A stretch of DNA of 55,114 nt from an uncultured Spirochaetales bacterium. GTDB taxonomy: Bacteria; Spirochaetota; Spirochaetia; DTKZ01. The notes beneath the pieces are model-generated. The model searched no databases. It was not told where the DNA came from and saw only the letters and a list, made by a program, of their open reading frames with translations. The stretch is taken from the NCBI GenBank assembly GCA_937991975.1, contig CALKLC010000123.1:1-55114 (forward strand), given 5' to 3'. Of the stretch, positions 1 through 9,969 are shown in pieces. Numbering within the stretch: the stretch's first letter is position 1; each line of letters begins with the position of its first letter. The position numbers and the translations under genes were made by a program.

Positions 1-70
1 TGTACACTGCTCTAAAATTTGTATCACTTTACCCCAGCAGGAACCATGCTTCCTTCTCCGATCCTCGTAG

Positions 71-99
71 TTGCGTAAGCACCCGGATACTGGTATGCT
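71..99 (+). promoter_or_regulatory. sigma70-type promoter of ymdB (TTGCGT-17-TATGCT, extended -10)
   Basis: TTGCGT 71-76, 17-nt spacer ending TGG, TATGCT 94-99; ATG 9 nt later with no SD. Confidence 0.5.
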
Positions 100-108
100 C
101 CCCTCATC

Positions 109-930
109 ATGCGGATCCTGTACATCGGGGAAATCGTCGGGAAGGCGGGGGTGTTCTGTGTAAAGAGCCTGCTCCCTGCTCTGAAAAGAGAGAGGCAGAT
201 CGATTTTGTGATAGCCAATGGGGACAATGTTACGGGCGGTTTCGGGTTGGGAAAGAATCATTCCATCTATTTGAAAAAGCTTGGAATCGATGTCCTTACG
301 GGCGGGGAATGTATATATTATAAAAAAGATATGGTAGAGCATATCGGAAATGTCCCCTATATCCTGCGTCCCGCGAACTATCCGCCGGGGAACCCCGGAA
401 GAGGGTATGGAATCTATTCAGTGGCAGGAGGCAAACTGGCGGTGTTGAACCTTCTGGGACAATCTGGATTCAATCGGGTGCATCTCAGTAACCCCTACAG
501 TTTACTGTCCCAACTGGTAGGAAGGATTCGGGAAACAACACCCTGTATCCTGGTAGATTTTCATGCAACTACCACTGCGGAAAAGTATTCTCTCTTTTTC
601 CATGCAGATGGGATGGTTTCCGCTGTTGTAGGTTCTCACATGAAAGTGCTGACTGCAGACGCCCGGCTACTTCCTAATGGCACAGCAGTGATCTGCGGAG
701 CAGGGAGAACAGGCAGCATCAACAGCGTAGGGGGGTTGGATCCCGAGATAGAGATCCGCAAGTTCCTCACCCAGATTCCCGAGCGTTCAAAGGATACCTG
801 GGACACATTGGAATTGCAAGGTGTGGTGATCGAAATTGAAGAAACGGGGAAGGCTCGCTCCATCGAAGCGATCCGTGTACCCTGCCGGGAGGTTCCGAAT
901 GAGAGAAATCGGGATAGTGACGAAGATTGA
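109..930 (+). CDS. ymdB: YmdB/TIGR00282-family metallophosphoesterase
   Basis: MRILYIGEIVG, ANGDN..GGFG, LRPANYP, DFHA.TTAEK, VVGSH..V.TAD motifs; several canonical metal ligands look substituted. Confidence 0.85.
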   Translation: MRILYIGEIVGKAGVFCVKSLLPALKRERQIDFVIANGDNVTGGFGLGKNHSIYLKKLGIDVLTGGECIYYKKDMVEHIGNVPYILRPANYPPGNPGRGYGIYSVAGGKLAVLNLLGQSGFNRVHLSNPYSLLSQLVGRIRETTPCILVDFHATTTAEKYSLFFHADGMVSAVVGSHMKVLTADARLLPNGTAVICGAGRTGSINSVGGLDPEIEIRKFLTQIPERSKDTWDTLELQGVVIEIEETGKARSIEAIRVPCREVPNERNRDSDED

Positions 931-1339
931 GGGTGATCGGGTACTGGTAGAGTGTAAACCCAGTGCGGCCTGTCATTCCTGTAAGGGAGAGTTGTGCGCG
1001 GTAAAGAATCGAAGTATTCCTGTAAAGAATATCCATCATCTGTCTGTGCAGGTGGGCGACCGGGTACAGATCTTCGTTCCTCCTGCGCAGGCCCTTACCG
1101 CTGGGTTCCAGGTCTTTGGGGTTCCTCTATTACTCTTTGTAGTATTCTATCTATCGGTTGGGTATGTTTTTCCGAATACATCGGAGGGTGCCCGGATTGG
1201 TTTGGGAGTCGGGGGGCTCGTGTTGGGATTTCTGGGAATGTTCCTCTGGGGGAAGAGATCGGCTCAATTCCCTGTCCTGGAAAAGCGGTGGGAAGGTCCT
1301 CTTCTAGAAGATTTCATAGAGAAAGTGCAGGAAAATTAA
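899..1339 (+). CDS. rseC: RseC/MucC-family membrane protein
   Basis: ATG 899 after GGAGG; MREIGIV, CxxCxxxxC, VGDRV, two C-terminal TM helices. Confidence 0.75.
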   Translation: MREIGIVTKIEGDRVLVECKPSAACHSCKGELCAVKNRSIPVKNIHHLSVQVGDRVQIFVPPAQALTAGFQVFGVPLLLFVVFYLSVGYVFPNTSEGARIGLGVGGLVLGFLGMFLWGKRSAQFPVLEKRWEGPLLEDFIEKVQEN

Positions 1340-2538
1340 GGTGCATATTCCTTCACAAGCTTATTGAGGGTTTCTGCCATTTTGGCCAGGGAGACCTGAT
1401 ACTGAATGAAGCCGTTCTCGAAGGCAACCCGGGGCATGCCGTATACGATGCAGCTTTCCTCATCCTGCCCGATGGTTATCCCTCCTTCCCGATAGATAGC
1501 TCCGATTTGTGTGGCTCCGTCCTTTCCCATCCCTGTCATGATTACTGCCAGGGCCCGGTTCCCGTACTGCCTGGCTACGGATTCGAAAAGTACATCCGCT
1601 GAAGGCCTGTGTCCATTTACAGGCGGGGTATCCAGCAAATGCACGATCGCGGCCAGGGGCCTTTTTTCTACCACGATGTGTCGATTTCCCGGGGCAATGA
1701 GGATTCGCCCGGGTCGAAGGATATCCCCTTCTGCGGCCTCTTTCACTTCCAACGCGCAGATACGGTCGAGACTTTTCGCGAACTCTTCGGTAAACCCGGC
1801 CGGCATGTGCTGCACCACGACGATGGGAACGGGGAAGGAAGCGTCGAGTTTGGGAAATACTTCCCGTAGGGCGTTAGGACCGCCGGTAGAGATGCCTATT
1901 GCCACGATCTCGATAGGTCCAGGAGCTTTTCTTGGAACAGGAGGTTTTTCTATCCGTTTCTCTACCGGTAAAACTTGAGAGGGAGAAGGGGTAAAAGAGG
2001 CCCGGGTATCCCCTCTGTTCAGTTCTTTTTTTTCGGAGGGGGTAGGTGGTACGCTTATTTGGGTCGATGGAACGGAATCCATACCTGATAGGACAGAAGT
2101 TTGGGAAGGTTTGCTTCGACTTTTCTTGTACTTTCCTCCGTAGGCACGAATCATTTCTACCAGGACCTTGTGAACACTCTGTAAGTCGATGCCCTCCTCT
2201 CCGGTGGGTTTCATGATGAAATCGGAGGCTCCCAGGGATAACGCCTCCATCGTAATGTGGGCCCCCTCTTCTGCATGGGAAGAAAGGATAATCACAGGAA
2301 TCTGAATGTTCCGGCGTTGTCGCTCCCGAAGGAACTCGATTCCGTTCATTTCAGGCATTTCCAGGTCCAGGATAATCACGTCTGGGTCGAGCTTTTCCAG
2401 TTTTGCCAGGGCAAAGGCTCCGTTCATAGCCTTTCCTGCCACCTGTAGATCCGGTTCGTGCTCTACGATCCGTCCGATCAAGTTACGCATGAGGGCAGAG
2501 TCATCTACGATTAGAACGGAGATTTTTTCGTCCGACAC
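1336..2538 (-). CDS. cheB: chemotaxis response regulator protein-glutamate methylesterase
   Basis: receiver domain (VDDS, LDLEMP) + long Pro/Ser linker + GISTGGP, QHM, RPSADVLF, MTGMGKDG. Confidence 0.95.
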   Translation of the reverse strand: MSDEKISVLIVDDSALMRNLIGRIVEHEPDLQVAGKAMNGAFALAKLEKLDPDVIILDLEMPEMNGIEFLRERQRRNIQIPVIILSSHAEEGAHITMEALSLGASDFIMKPTGEEGIDLQSVHKVLVEMIRAYGGKYKKSRSKPSQTSVLSGMDSVPSTQISVPPTPSEKKELNRGDTRASFTPSPSQVLPVEKRIEKPPVPRKAPGPIEIVAIGISTGGPNALREVFPKLDASFPVPIVVVQHMPAGFTEEFAKSLDRICALEVKEAAEGDILRPGRILIAPGNRHIVVEKRPLAAIVHLLDTPPVNGHRPSADVLFESVARQYGNRALAVIMTGMGKDGATQIGAIYREGGITIGQDEESCIVYGMPRVAFENGFIQYQVSLAKMAETLNKLVKEYAP

Positions 2539-2595
2539 TTTTTGCTCCTTCGCAGATATTACGGTATGAAATATAAAGTAAATGAATCGTACGAA

Positions 2596-3411
2596 TCAAA
2601 CGAATTTTCGATAGATGCAGGCCCAATCGGTTTTCAGGAATTCGAACTTCGTATTCATGCCGAAGAGGGATTCCGAATGTCCGATGAATAGGTAGGAGTG
2701 GTTGCTCATCGCTTCCCAGAAACGTTCTATGGTGGCTTTCTGGGCTGCTTCATCGAAATAGATCAGAACATTTCGGCAGAAAACGATATCAAGATTGCGG
2801 AGGCCGCTATCGTTTTTCAGGTTGTGATAGTCGAACTGGATAAGCTGCTTCAATTCTTCTTTTACCTGGTACCCGTTGCCTTTTCGTTCCATGTATTTTT
2901 TCAGATACTTTTCAGGAATATCCTGTATCCGATTGTCGGGGTAAAACCCCTCTTTCCCTACCATGAGGGACTTGAGACTGATATCGGACGCAACGATCTT
3001 GGTCCGGAAATTCGGGGGAAGGGTTTCTTTCAATACCATGGCAATGGTGTAAGGTTCTTCACCGGTGGAACATCCCGCACTCCAGACCCGGATTTCCCTG
3101 TCTCCTTTGGGTGTTTTGTACTGAATGAGATCGGGTATGACGTAATGTTCGAGAGTATCGAAATGAGCGGTGTTTCGGAAAAATCGGGTAAGGTTGGTAG
3201 TGACCGCATCCAGAAGGAGCTTCAGTTCTTCCGGATCTTTTTTCAGTTGCTCGTAGTAAGCGGATGCGGTGGTTTGATTTACCGTTTTCAACCGTTCCCG
3301 GATTCTACTTTCGAGAATCGTACGGTTCGTGCTGGAAAAGTGTATTCCACTGGCTTCATAGATAAGGGTACGGAACTTTTCGAACTCTACATCAGTAAGG
3401 GCTTCTGACAT
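2596..3411 (-). CDS. cheR: chemotaxis protein methyltransferase
   Basis: TTNLTRFFR, VWSAGCSTGEEPYT, DIVFCRNVLIYF, IGHSE. Confidence 0.95.
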   Translation of the reverse strand: MSEALTDVEFEKFRTLIYEASGIHFSSTNRTILESRIRERLKTVNQTTASAYYEQLKKDPEELKLLLDAVTTNLTRFFRNTAHFDTLEHYVIPDLIQYKTPKGDREIRVWSAGCSTGEEPYTIAMVLKETLPPNFRTKIVASDISLKSLMVGKEGFYPDNRIQDIPEKYLKKYMERKGNGYQVKEELKQLIQFDYHNLKNDSGLRNLDIVFCRNVLIYFDEAAQKATIERFWEAMSNHSYLFIGHSESLFGMNTKFEFLKTDWACIYRKFV

Positions 3412-3420
3412 GCACTAGGT

Positions 3421-3449
3421 AGAATAGGGTTCTGAACCTTTACTGTCAA
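3421..3449 (-). promoter_or_regulatory. sigma70-type promoter of cheR (TTGACA-17-TATTCT)
   Basis: perfect -35, 17-nt spacer, -10 ends 9 nt before ATG. Confidence 0.6.
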
Positions 3450-3464
3450 GATCGGCTTTTTCGA

Positions 3465-3493
3465 TTGACATTTGTCTTACCGGTGCGAATAAT
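3465..3493 (+). promoter_or_regulatory. sigma70-type promoter of pyrG (TTGACA-17-AATAAT)
   Basis: perfect -35 at 3465, -10-like at 3488-3493, ATG 8 nt later; divergent from the cheR promoter. Confidence 0.5.
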
Positions 3494-3501
3494 ACCAGTA
3501 C

Positions 3502-5142
3502 ATGAAGAAATATATTTTCGTCACGGGAGGCGTGTGTTCGAGTCTGGGGAAGGGGATTGCGGCCGCATCCATCGGCTGCCTGTTAGAGCATCGGGGGATG
3601 CGGGTAAGGATGATCAAGATCGACCCCTACATAAATGTGGATGCGGGAACGATGAGTCCGTACCAGCATGGAGAGGTATACGTTACCGATGATGGTGCGG
3701 AAACAGATCTGGATCTGGGAAACTATGCCCGATTTACCAGTTCACCCCTTTCAAGGGCCAACTCCATCACCACAGGGCAGATCTATCAAGAGGTAATCCA
3801 GAAGGAACGGGAAGGAAGATACCTCGGACGAACGGTACAGGTGATTCCCCATATCACAGACCGGATCAAGCAGCGGATCTGGGCAGTCGGTGAGGAACCG
3901 GATGTGGATGTCACCATCGTGGAGATTGGGGGAACAGTGGGAGATATCGAATCGATCCCTTTTCTGGAGGCCTGCCGCCAGATGATCCATGAGTATGGGA
4001 AAAAGAACGTCCTTGCGGTACATCTGACCCTGATCCCTGAGGTATTTGGAAATGAACTGAAAACGAAACCCACTCAGCATTCGGTGAAAGAGTTGCGGGA
4101 AATCGGGATCCAGCCCGACATCCTCCTCTGCAGAGCCCCTCGGCCCTTGAGTGAGGACCTCCGAAGAAAGATCGCCCTCTTTACCAATGTGGAGTACGAG
4201 GCAGTGATCTCTGCCCATGATATAAAGACCACCATCTATGAGATTCCCCTGATCTATCAGCAACAGAATCTGGATATTATTGCCTTGCAGAAGCTGGAGC
4301 TGCCTATCCGCGATCTCGATATGGAGGATTGGAGACGGATCGTGCAAGCATTTGTAGAATCGACGGATATTGTGCGGATCGGAGTGGTGGGAAAGTATAT
4401 CGATCTTCACGATTCATACAAATCCGTGGACGAGGCCCTGTACCATGGGGGATTCGCCAACGGTGTAAAGGTACAGCTTACCAAGATAGATTCGGAAAAG
4501 CTGGAAAAGGTACGGAACCTGGACGAAGTATTCGAAGGGCTCCATGGGATCCTGGTCCCGGGAGGGTTTGGGCAGCGGGGCATTCTGGGAATGATCAAGG
4601 CTGCAAAATGGGCACGGGAACATAGGGTTCCGTACTTCGGGATCTGTTTGGGATTACAGATCATGGTGATCGAGTTTGCCAGGTCCGTTCTCAAACTGGA
4701 GGATGCAGATTCCACGGAGTTTTCCCCCTCCTGTAAGAACCCGGTAGTGGTTCTTCTGGAAGAGCAGCTGGATGTGAAGAACTATGGGGGTACAATGCGG
4801 CTGGGCCGTTGGGATACCCAGTTGAAACCAGGTTCCAGATTGATAGAAATCTACGGTACCGATGTAATCCATGAACGGCATCGACACCGGTATGAGGTGT
4901 CAAACCGGTACCGACAGCAGTTGGAGGATGCCGGAATGCGGGTAGTGGGAACTACCCTCGATGGCACCCTGGTAGAGATTATGCAGTGGGAGAAACACCC
5001 CTGGGGAATCGGCGTGCAGTTCCATCCGGAGTTCCAATCTAAACCTACCCAGGCCCATCCCTTGTTTAGAAGTTTCATTCGGGCTTGTAAGGAATACAGG
5101 GATGTCCGTGCCGGAGAACAGATACCAGAGCGAGAACCGTGA
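3502..5142 (+). CDS. pyrG: CTP synthase
   Basis: [50 protein letters not shown]. Confidence 0.98.
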   Translation: MKKYIFVTGGVCSSLGKGIAAASIGCLLEHRGMRVRMIKIDPYINVDAGTMSPYQHGEVYVTDDGAETDLDLGNYARFTSSPLSRANSITTGQIYQEVIQKEREGRYLGRTVQVIPHITDRIKQRIWAVGEEPDVDVTIVEIGGTVGDIESIPFLEACRQMIHEYGKKNVLAVHLTLIPEVFGNELKTKPTQHSVKELREIGIQPDILLCRAPRPLSEDLRRKIALFTNVEYEAVISAHDIKTTIYEIPLIYQQQNLDIIALQKLELPIRDLDMEDWRRIVQAFVESTDIVRIGVVGKYIDLHDSYKSVDEALYHGGFANGVKVQLTKIDSEKLEKVRNLDEVFEGLHGILVPGGFGQRGILGMIKAAKWAREHRVPYFGICLGLQIMVIEFARSVLKLEDADSTEFSPSCKNPVVVLLEEQLDVKNYGGTMRLGRWDTQLKPGSRLIEIYGTDVIHERHRHRYEVSNRYRQQLEDAGMRVVGTTLDGTLVEIMQWEKHPWGIGVQFHPEFQSKPTQAHPLFRSFIRACKEYRDVRAGEQIPEREP

Positions 5143-5690
5143 AAACGTATCCGATAACGGCAGTACTTTTAGGGCTCTTGTTTCTATCCTGCAGCTTCGA
5201 TTATAGGGAAGCTCAGGTGCCAGAGGATCTTGAGGATACGATACCCAATATTGTGTTGAAGGGATTCCGGCAGACTGTTGTTTCCAAAGGGAAAGTGGTA
5301 CTGCGGATCCAGGTAGAAAAAGCGGAGGGGTTTGAACGGAAAAAGCGGACGATCTTTCAACAGGTGGAATTCTCGGAGTTCGACGAAGAGGGCCAGCTCC
5401 TTACGAGAGGAAGGGCTGATTCGGTGGTGTATGAATCGGATACCAGGAATGCGACAGTATCAGGGAAGGTGATGATCCATTCCTTGCGGGAGGAGGGAAA
5501 GATACGGGCAGAAAGCCTGACCTGGAATGACAAGGAACGGGTCCTGACGAGCCCGGAAGGAGACCGGGTCCGCCTGGAGGATGATAAGGGTTCCTGGATC
5601 GAGGGAAAGGGGTTTACGGCCGATTTGAGGCGCCTTTCAGTCACCTTCAGTGGACCGGTGCGGGGTGAGTATGTGGTGGAAAAGAAGTAG
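5139..5690 (+). CDS. lptC: LPS export periplasmic protein LptC-like (lipoprotein signal LSC)
   Basis: position between pyrG and lptA/lptB; beta-rich jellyroll-like sequence, G.GF.AD C-terminal motif. Confidence 0.7.
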   Translation: MKTYPITAVLLGLLFLSCSFDYREAQVPEDLEDTIPNIVLKGFRQTVVSKGKVVLRIQVEKAEGFERKKRTIFQQVEFSEFDEEGQLLTRGRADSVVYESDTRNATVSGKVMIHSLREEGKIRAESLTWNDKERVLTSPEGDRVRLEDDKGSWIEGKGFTADLRRLSVTFSGPVRGEYVVEKK

Positions 5691-6321
5691 GCTTTTTGGA
5701 GTATGCATACTTTTTATCAGCTTCCTGGCGCCACTATATCCAGATGTGTTTAAGTTTTCCGGTGATCAGGTGAACACGACCCTTGCCAAAGGGAAAGAGA
5801 GGACCGTTCTCAGGGGGAATGCGACAATACAATCTGACAATACCCGGATCATGGCAAAGGAAATCGAGATCTACGGGAAAGATTTTCAGTTTGCCCGGTG
5901 TTCCGGTGAAGTCACTGTATGGGACTCGGAAAAGAAAATTTTCATTACCTGTGAATCCCTCTCTTACGATCGGGTAGAGAAGGTCATTGTAGCTTCCGGA
6001 AACGCGTACATGGAGGACCGGAAGAACGAAATGATCGTTCGGGGCGAACGGTTGGAAAACAGGGATAAAGAAGATCTGACGATCATTCAGATCGGTGTAC
6101 GAATCCTGAAGAAGGATCTTTCTGCGCGTGCTGAATATGTTCGGTACAAACGGGATACGGATATACTGGAACTTTCCGGGCTCCCGCAGGTGTTCTGGAA
6201 AAAAGACCAGTACCGGGCGGCAAGGATCATCATGAATCTGAAAACCGATGAAATAACCCTCGCAGGGGATGTGGAAGGTTCCATCGTTTCCAAACCGGAG
6301 AAAAAGACGGATGGGGAATAG
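5671..6321 (+). CDS. lptA: LptA/OstA-family periplasmic protein
   Basis: signal peptide, OstA-like LRGNA/LSGLP/LAGDV repeats, directly upstream of lptB. Confidence 0.7.
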   Translation: MWWKRSRLFGVCILFISFLAPLYPDVFKFSGDQVNTTLAKGKERTVLRGNATIQSDNTRIMAKEIEIYGKDFQFARCSGEVTVWDSEKKIFITCESLSYDRVEKVIVASGNAYMEDRKNEMIVRGERLENRDKEDLTIIQIGVRILKKDLSARAEYVRYKRDTDILELSGLPQVFWKKDQYRAARIIMNLKTDEITLAGDVEGSIVSKPEKKTDGE

Positions 6322-7057
6322 TGAAAGGGCAGTACTGAGGGTCGATGGGTTACGAAAGACCTTCGGCAGGAAAGAGGTGGTCCGGAACGTTACCTTTACG
6401 ATGGAAAGTGGAGAGATCGTAGGGTTCCTTGGATTGAACGGAGCGGGAAAGACCACCACCTTCTACATGATCGTGGGGTTCATACGGCCAACAGGAGGGA
6501 ATATTTACCTGAATGAACGATGTCTTACCAACGAGCCTATGTATAAGCGAGCCCTGGCAGGGATCACTTACCTCCCTCAGGAAACATCCGTGTTCACAAA
6601 ACTTTCGGTGGAAGACAACATCCTGGCGATCCTGGAGACCCGTAACGATCTGGGTAAATCGGAAAAGAAAGAACGGCTGGAACAGTTACTGGAAGAGTTT
6701 GGGTTGAAGGACAAACGGAAACAGAAGGCCATTACCCTTTCCGGGGGAGAGCGCAGAAGGACAGAGATCGCCCGTGCTCTGGCCATACGGCCCAAGTTCC
6801 TTCTTCTGGATGAACCCTTTGCGGGGATCGACCTGAAGACTGTTGCGGAACTGAAACGAATTATCCTGTCCCTTGCGAAGGGCGGAGTGGGGATCCTCAT
6901 CACGGATCATAATATCTACGATACCTTCGATATCACGGGGCGGGCATTCATCATGGATAAAGGAGAAATTGCATTCCACGGAACCCCCAGGGAACTGAGC
7001 GAGAACGAGGATGTGCGGAGGATTTTTTTGGGGGAAGACTTCCGGATGCAGCGATAA
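6311..7057 (+). CDS. lptB: LPS export ABC transporter ATP-binding protein
   Basis: GLNGAGKTT, YLPQE, LSGGERRR.EIAR, LLDEPFAG, ITDHN, C-terminal LGEDF. Confidence 0.93.
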   Translation: MGNSERAVLRVDGLRKTFGRKEVVRNVTFTMESGEIVGFLGLNGAGKTTTFYMIVGFIRPTGGNIYLNERCLTNEPMYKRALAGITYLPQETSVFTKLSVEDNILAILETRNDLGKSEKKERLEQLLEEFGLKDKRKQKAITLSGGERRRTEIARALAIRPKFLLLDEPFAGIDLKTVAELKRIILSLAKGGVGILITDHNIYDTFDITGRAFIMDKGEIAFHGTPRELSENEDVRRIFLGEDFRMQR

Positions 7058-7177
7058 GATACTTGCATCCTGCAGCGGCCCCTTCCAACGACAATTCTTA
7101 ACAAGCGGGTGAATTTCTTTCGGCGATTTTGAAGCAAATCTCACACCACCTTCGTCTTCTATACCGGAGGTTGAAAG

Positions 7178-8299
7178 ATGGATGGGTTTTGGGTGCAGGT
7201 CTGGAGGAGCTTCGGGATGAAGCCCCGGGGGTTCCGAAGGCGGTGGACACGATGGGGTTCTGTCCTGTACTTTCTTGCAGGCTTCGCTTGCAGTTACCTG
7301 GGAATCCTGGCGGCTCTTTCCAGCTGTGCCCGGCCTCCCCATATTGAGCCTATCTTGATCGATCCAGCGACCCTCAGGCCACCCCAATTGCTGGGAGTCC
7401 AGGCAGGAGAGGGGAATTGGGTCGAGCTCAGGTTCGACAAATCCGCCTGGATAGAGCTCTCTTCCATCCGTATCCTACCATCCCTTTCAGTACAGAGAGT
7501 GGAGGATGGAGATGTGGTTTGCCGAGTCCATCTGGAGGGAGCAGGTGTACCAGGGAAAAAGTATACCCTGGAAGCCCGTACGAGGGATGAGCGGGGAAAT
7601 ACATCGGAGTTCCTCTATGGGTTCTATGGGTTCAACGATCGGATTCCTAAGTTGCTGATCAACGAGTTCATTACAACCTCATCTACCACTGTTCTGACCC
7701 AGGTAGAGATTGCCGTTCTATCCGATGGGAACATGGGAGGGGTAACGTTCTACGAAGGGACGAAGAATGTGCCCGATAAGACCTATATCTTTCCTTCTTT
7801 TGAAGTGAAGGCTGGGGAGTTCATCCTTCTTCACTTCAAGCCAGAGGGTATTCCTGGTGAAATCGATGAAACCTCGGATAAAACAGTGGCTACGGGTAAG
7901 GGGGCATCCCCTACTGCGTACGATTTCTGGGCTAAAGGTACAGGGAACCTTTCAGAAGACAACGATGTATTGAGTCTGTACACGAACCCCGAAGGGAAGC
8001 TGATGGACGCGGTGCTTTACTCCTCCAAAGTATATGAATCGGGGATGAAGTACAACGGCTTTGGAACGAGTGCAATGCTGGGGAAAGTTCTTGCTTTGAA
8101 GGAGGAAGGAGGATGGGTATTCGCAGGAGCGGATCCGTACCCAAGCGATGCGGTGAATCCAAAAGGAGCTACTTCCCGAAGATCGATCTGCCGGGACAGT
8201 CGGTTCAGCGATACCAATAGTAAAGGTGATTGGCATATCGTGCCATCGGGTTCCGCTACCTTCGGGGCCGTGAACTCGGATGCGGTGTATATTCCATAA
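7178..8299 (+). CDS. putative lipoprotein with lamin-tail-like domain (start uncertain)
   Basis: hydrophobic stretch ending LSSC, Ig-like region, LLINEF...QVEI...V.AGEFILLH...DAVLY...ATFG.VN pattern. Confidence 0.55.
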   Translation: MDGFWVQVWRSFGMKPRGFRRRWTRWGSVLYFLAGFACSYLGILAALSSCARPPHIEPILIDPATLRPPQLLGVQAGEGNWVELRFDKSAWIELSSIRILPSLSVQRVEDGDVVCRVHLEGAGVPGKKYTLEARTRDERGNTSEFLYGFYGFNDRIPKLLINEFITTSSTTVLTQVEIAVLSDGNMGGVTFYEGTKNVPDKTYIFPSFEVKAGEFILLHFKPEGIPGEIDETSDKTVATGKGASPTAYDFWAKGTGNLSEDNDVLSLYTNPEGKLMDAVLYSSKVYESGMKYNGFGTSAMLGKVLALKEEGGWVFAGADPYPSDAVNPKGATSRRSICRDSRFSDTNSKGDWHIVPSGSATFGAVNSDAVYIP

Positions 8300-8403
8300 A
8301 CGGCGCATCAGTAGGAGGTTGGAATTTATAGGCTCCCATCATTCTGAGCAACGCAAAATTCCTCGGTAAGAGAGCCTTCGGGCCTGATGAGAAAAGTTTG
8401 GTT

Positions 8404-8730
8404 TTAGGAGATGTACGGTTTTATGAGGTTTTCCAGAGTCTGGCGGGGAGCCAGGCCAACGTGCTGGGCAACAGGTTTTCCTTTATGAAAGAGGATTAAC
8501 GTGGGGATACTTACAATCCCATATTGGGAAGCAACGTCAGGTTCTTCATCCACGTTCAATTTTGCAATCTTGAGTTTGCCGTTATAGATCTTAGAAAACT
8601 CTTCCAGTGTAGGGGCGAGCATTCGGCAGGGCATGCACCACTCGGCCCAGAAATCCACCAGAACCGGAAGTTCGGACTGCAGAACTTCCGTCTCGAAGTT
8701 TTGCGTGGTTAATGTTACTTCATTTGCCAT
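8404..8730 (-). CDS. trxA: thioredoxin
   Basis: VLVDFWAEWCMPC, SIPTL. Confidence 0.95.
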   Translation of the reverse strand: MANEVTLTTQNFETEVLQSELPVLVDFWAEWCMPCRMLAPTLEEFSKIYNGKLKIAKLNVDEEPDVASQYGIVSIPTLILFHKGKPVAQHVGLAPRQTLENLIKPYIS

Positions 8731-8736
8731 GGCGAG

Positions 8737-8765
8737 AGTATGACACGATCCTGTCGGGGAGTCAA
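8737..8765 (-). promoter_or_regulatory. promoter of trxA (TTGACT-17-CATACT, extended -10), leaderless geometry
   Basis: -10 ends 6 nt before ATG; no SD. Confidence 0.6.
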
Positions 8766-8801
8766 GGAAGAGCAGCGGGGCGTCCCAGCAGTCACGGAGG
8801 T

Positions 8802-9298
8802 ATGGAAAAACCCGATTGTATCCAAAACATCCCCTGAACCTTTTTTTGATCTTTTAGAAGGTTCTTGAGTGGTGGCTGTTCAGCCAGGACACTGGTTGGT
8901 GGAGGAACTACCCGATGAGTTAAGCCGACTGCGAACCAGTAGGGCCGTGTATGGAGAAGTGCGAGAGGTGGACGTAAATCTGCAGTGAACGGTAGTTCCT
9001 TTCCCGGATTCCCGCCTCCCAGCCCTACTCCTCCTGAGGAAGGGTTTCTGACTCCTTTAGTTTTCCCCTGAGTTTCCATAGGGAACTCTGGAGGACCGGT
9101 GCGTCTCAGGCCTTCGCCAGATTCGCCCCCCTGTGGCACTTAGAACCTGGCACTATCGTGTTGCCTGTAGATGAAAAGGAGGAATGGTACGAAGTGTTTG
9201 TCCGTTCTCGCTATGCCACAGGATGGCTCCGGAAATCGGAGACTTTCCCGGTACCCGATCCCCGCTGGCCGATGCCGGGAGAAACAGTAAACAATTAA
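8802..9298 (+). pseudogene. decayed gene ending in a bacterial SH3-like domain
   Basis: GGAGG+ATG at 8802, several in-frame stops; VRLRPSPDSPP / LWHLEPGTIVLPVDEKEEWYEV...GWLRKSE joined by a frameshift at C6 (9126-9131). Confidence 0.5.
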
Positions 9299-9348
9299 AA
9301 GGTTTTATTCCTCTCAGAAGCTGACCGTTTTACGGACGACTCTTTCCT

Positions 9349-9705
9349 TCAAGTTCGTATACGGATAACATGCACGGTTACACCTAGAGCAATCCCAATA
9401 AGGAGAATACGGATCCAACCCTGATTTACTACAAAAAAGGCAGAGAGCAAAATGGTTGCCCAGAGTAAAGTTAACACCCCCAGTTTAACAGACAAGGGGA
9501 TGCCTTTCCCTTCCCGATAGTTACGAATATACGGCCCAAACAGTGAACTTTCCATAAGCCATGTGTAGAATTTCCGGGACCCCCTGGCATAACACGCAGC
9601 TGTAAGAAGAAGGAAGGGGGTTGTGGGAAGAAGGGGCAGGAATATGCCTAAAATTCCCAACCCCAGGGCAAGGGTGCCTGTAATAATGTAGAGATATCTA
9701 CGCAT
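9349..9705 (-). CDS. YbaN/DUF454-family inner membrane protein
   Basis: GIFLPLLPTTPFLLL...RGS...WL....FGPYI.NY motif; start chosen at MRRYLY. Confidence 0.85.
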   Translation of the reverse strand: MRRYLYIITGTLALGLGILGIFLPLLPTTPFLLLTAACYARGSRKFYTWLMESSLFGPYIRNYREGKGIPLSVKLGVLTLLWATILLSAFFVVNQGWIRILLIGIALGVTVHVIRIRT

Positions 9706-9788
9706 GCGCATTCCGCAAAAGGTCAGTTGCATACTATTAACAATTTCCACTAATTGTGTCCATGGTAATTTCTGCTTATACTAGCCGT

Positions 9789-9950
9789 ATGAAAAGAAAG
9801 ATTATCATCATTCTTGCTCTAGCTCCTGGATGTATCTCTTTACTGGTTATTGGGTTCTTTGTTAGTATAAAAGGAATGAATAATCGGCTGAACCAGAATT
9901 ATGAGTCCATAGCCTCTATAGATCTGTCCAAAAAACCCAACGGAACTTAA
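9789..9950 (+). pseudogene. truncated membrane-anchored protein, probably FMN-binding-domain family
   Basis: TM anchor followed by IDLSKKPNGT-stop, resembling the 'IDLS..DGTY.G' start of FMN_bind domains; upstream TTGTGT-17-TATACT promoter. Confidence 0.45.
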
Positions 9951-9969
9951 TCAGTTGCAAAGAGCAGTT

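Noticed and set aside
2698-3408. Long antisense/alternate-frame ORFs (e.g. 2698-3408, 5734-6459, 38341-39249)
   Set aside because: Shadow frames of well-supported genes with no independent motifs
8792-9139. 115-aa minus-strand ORF
   Set aside because: No recognisable motifs; antisense to the decayed SH3-like gene
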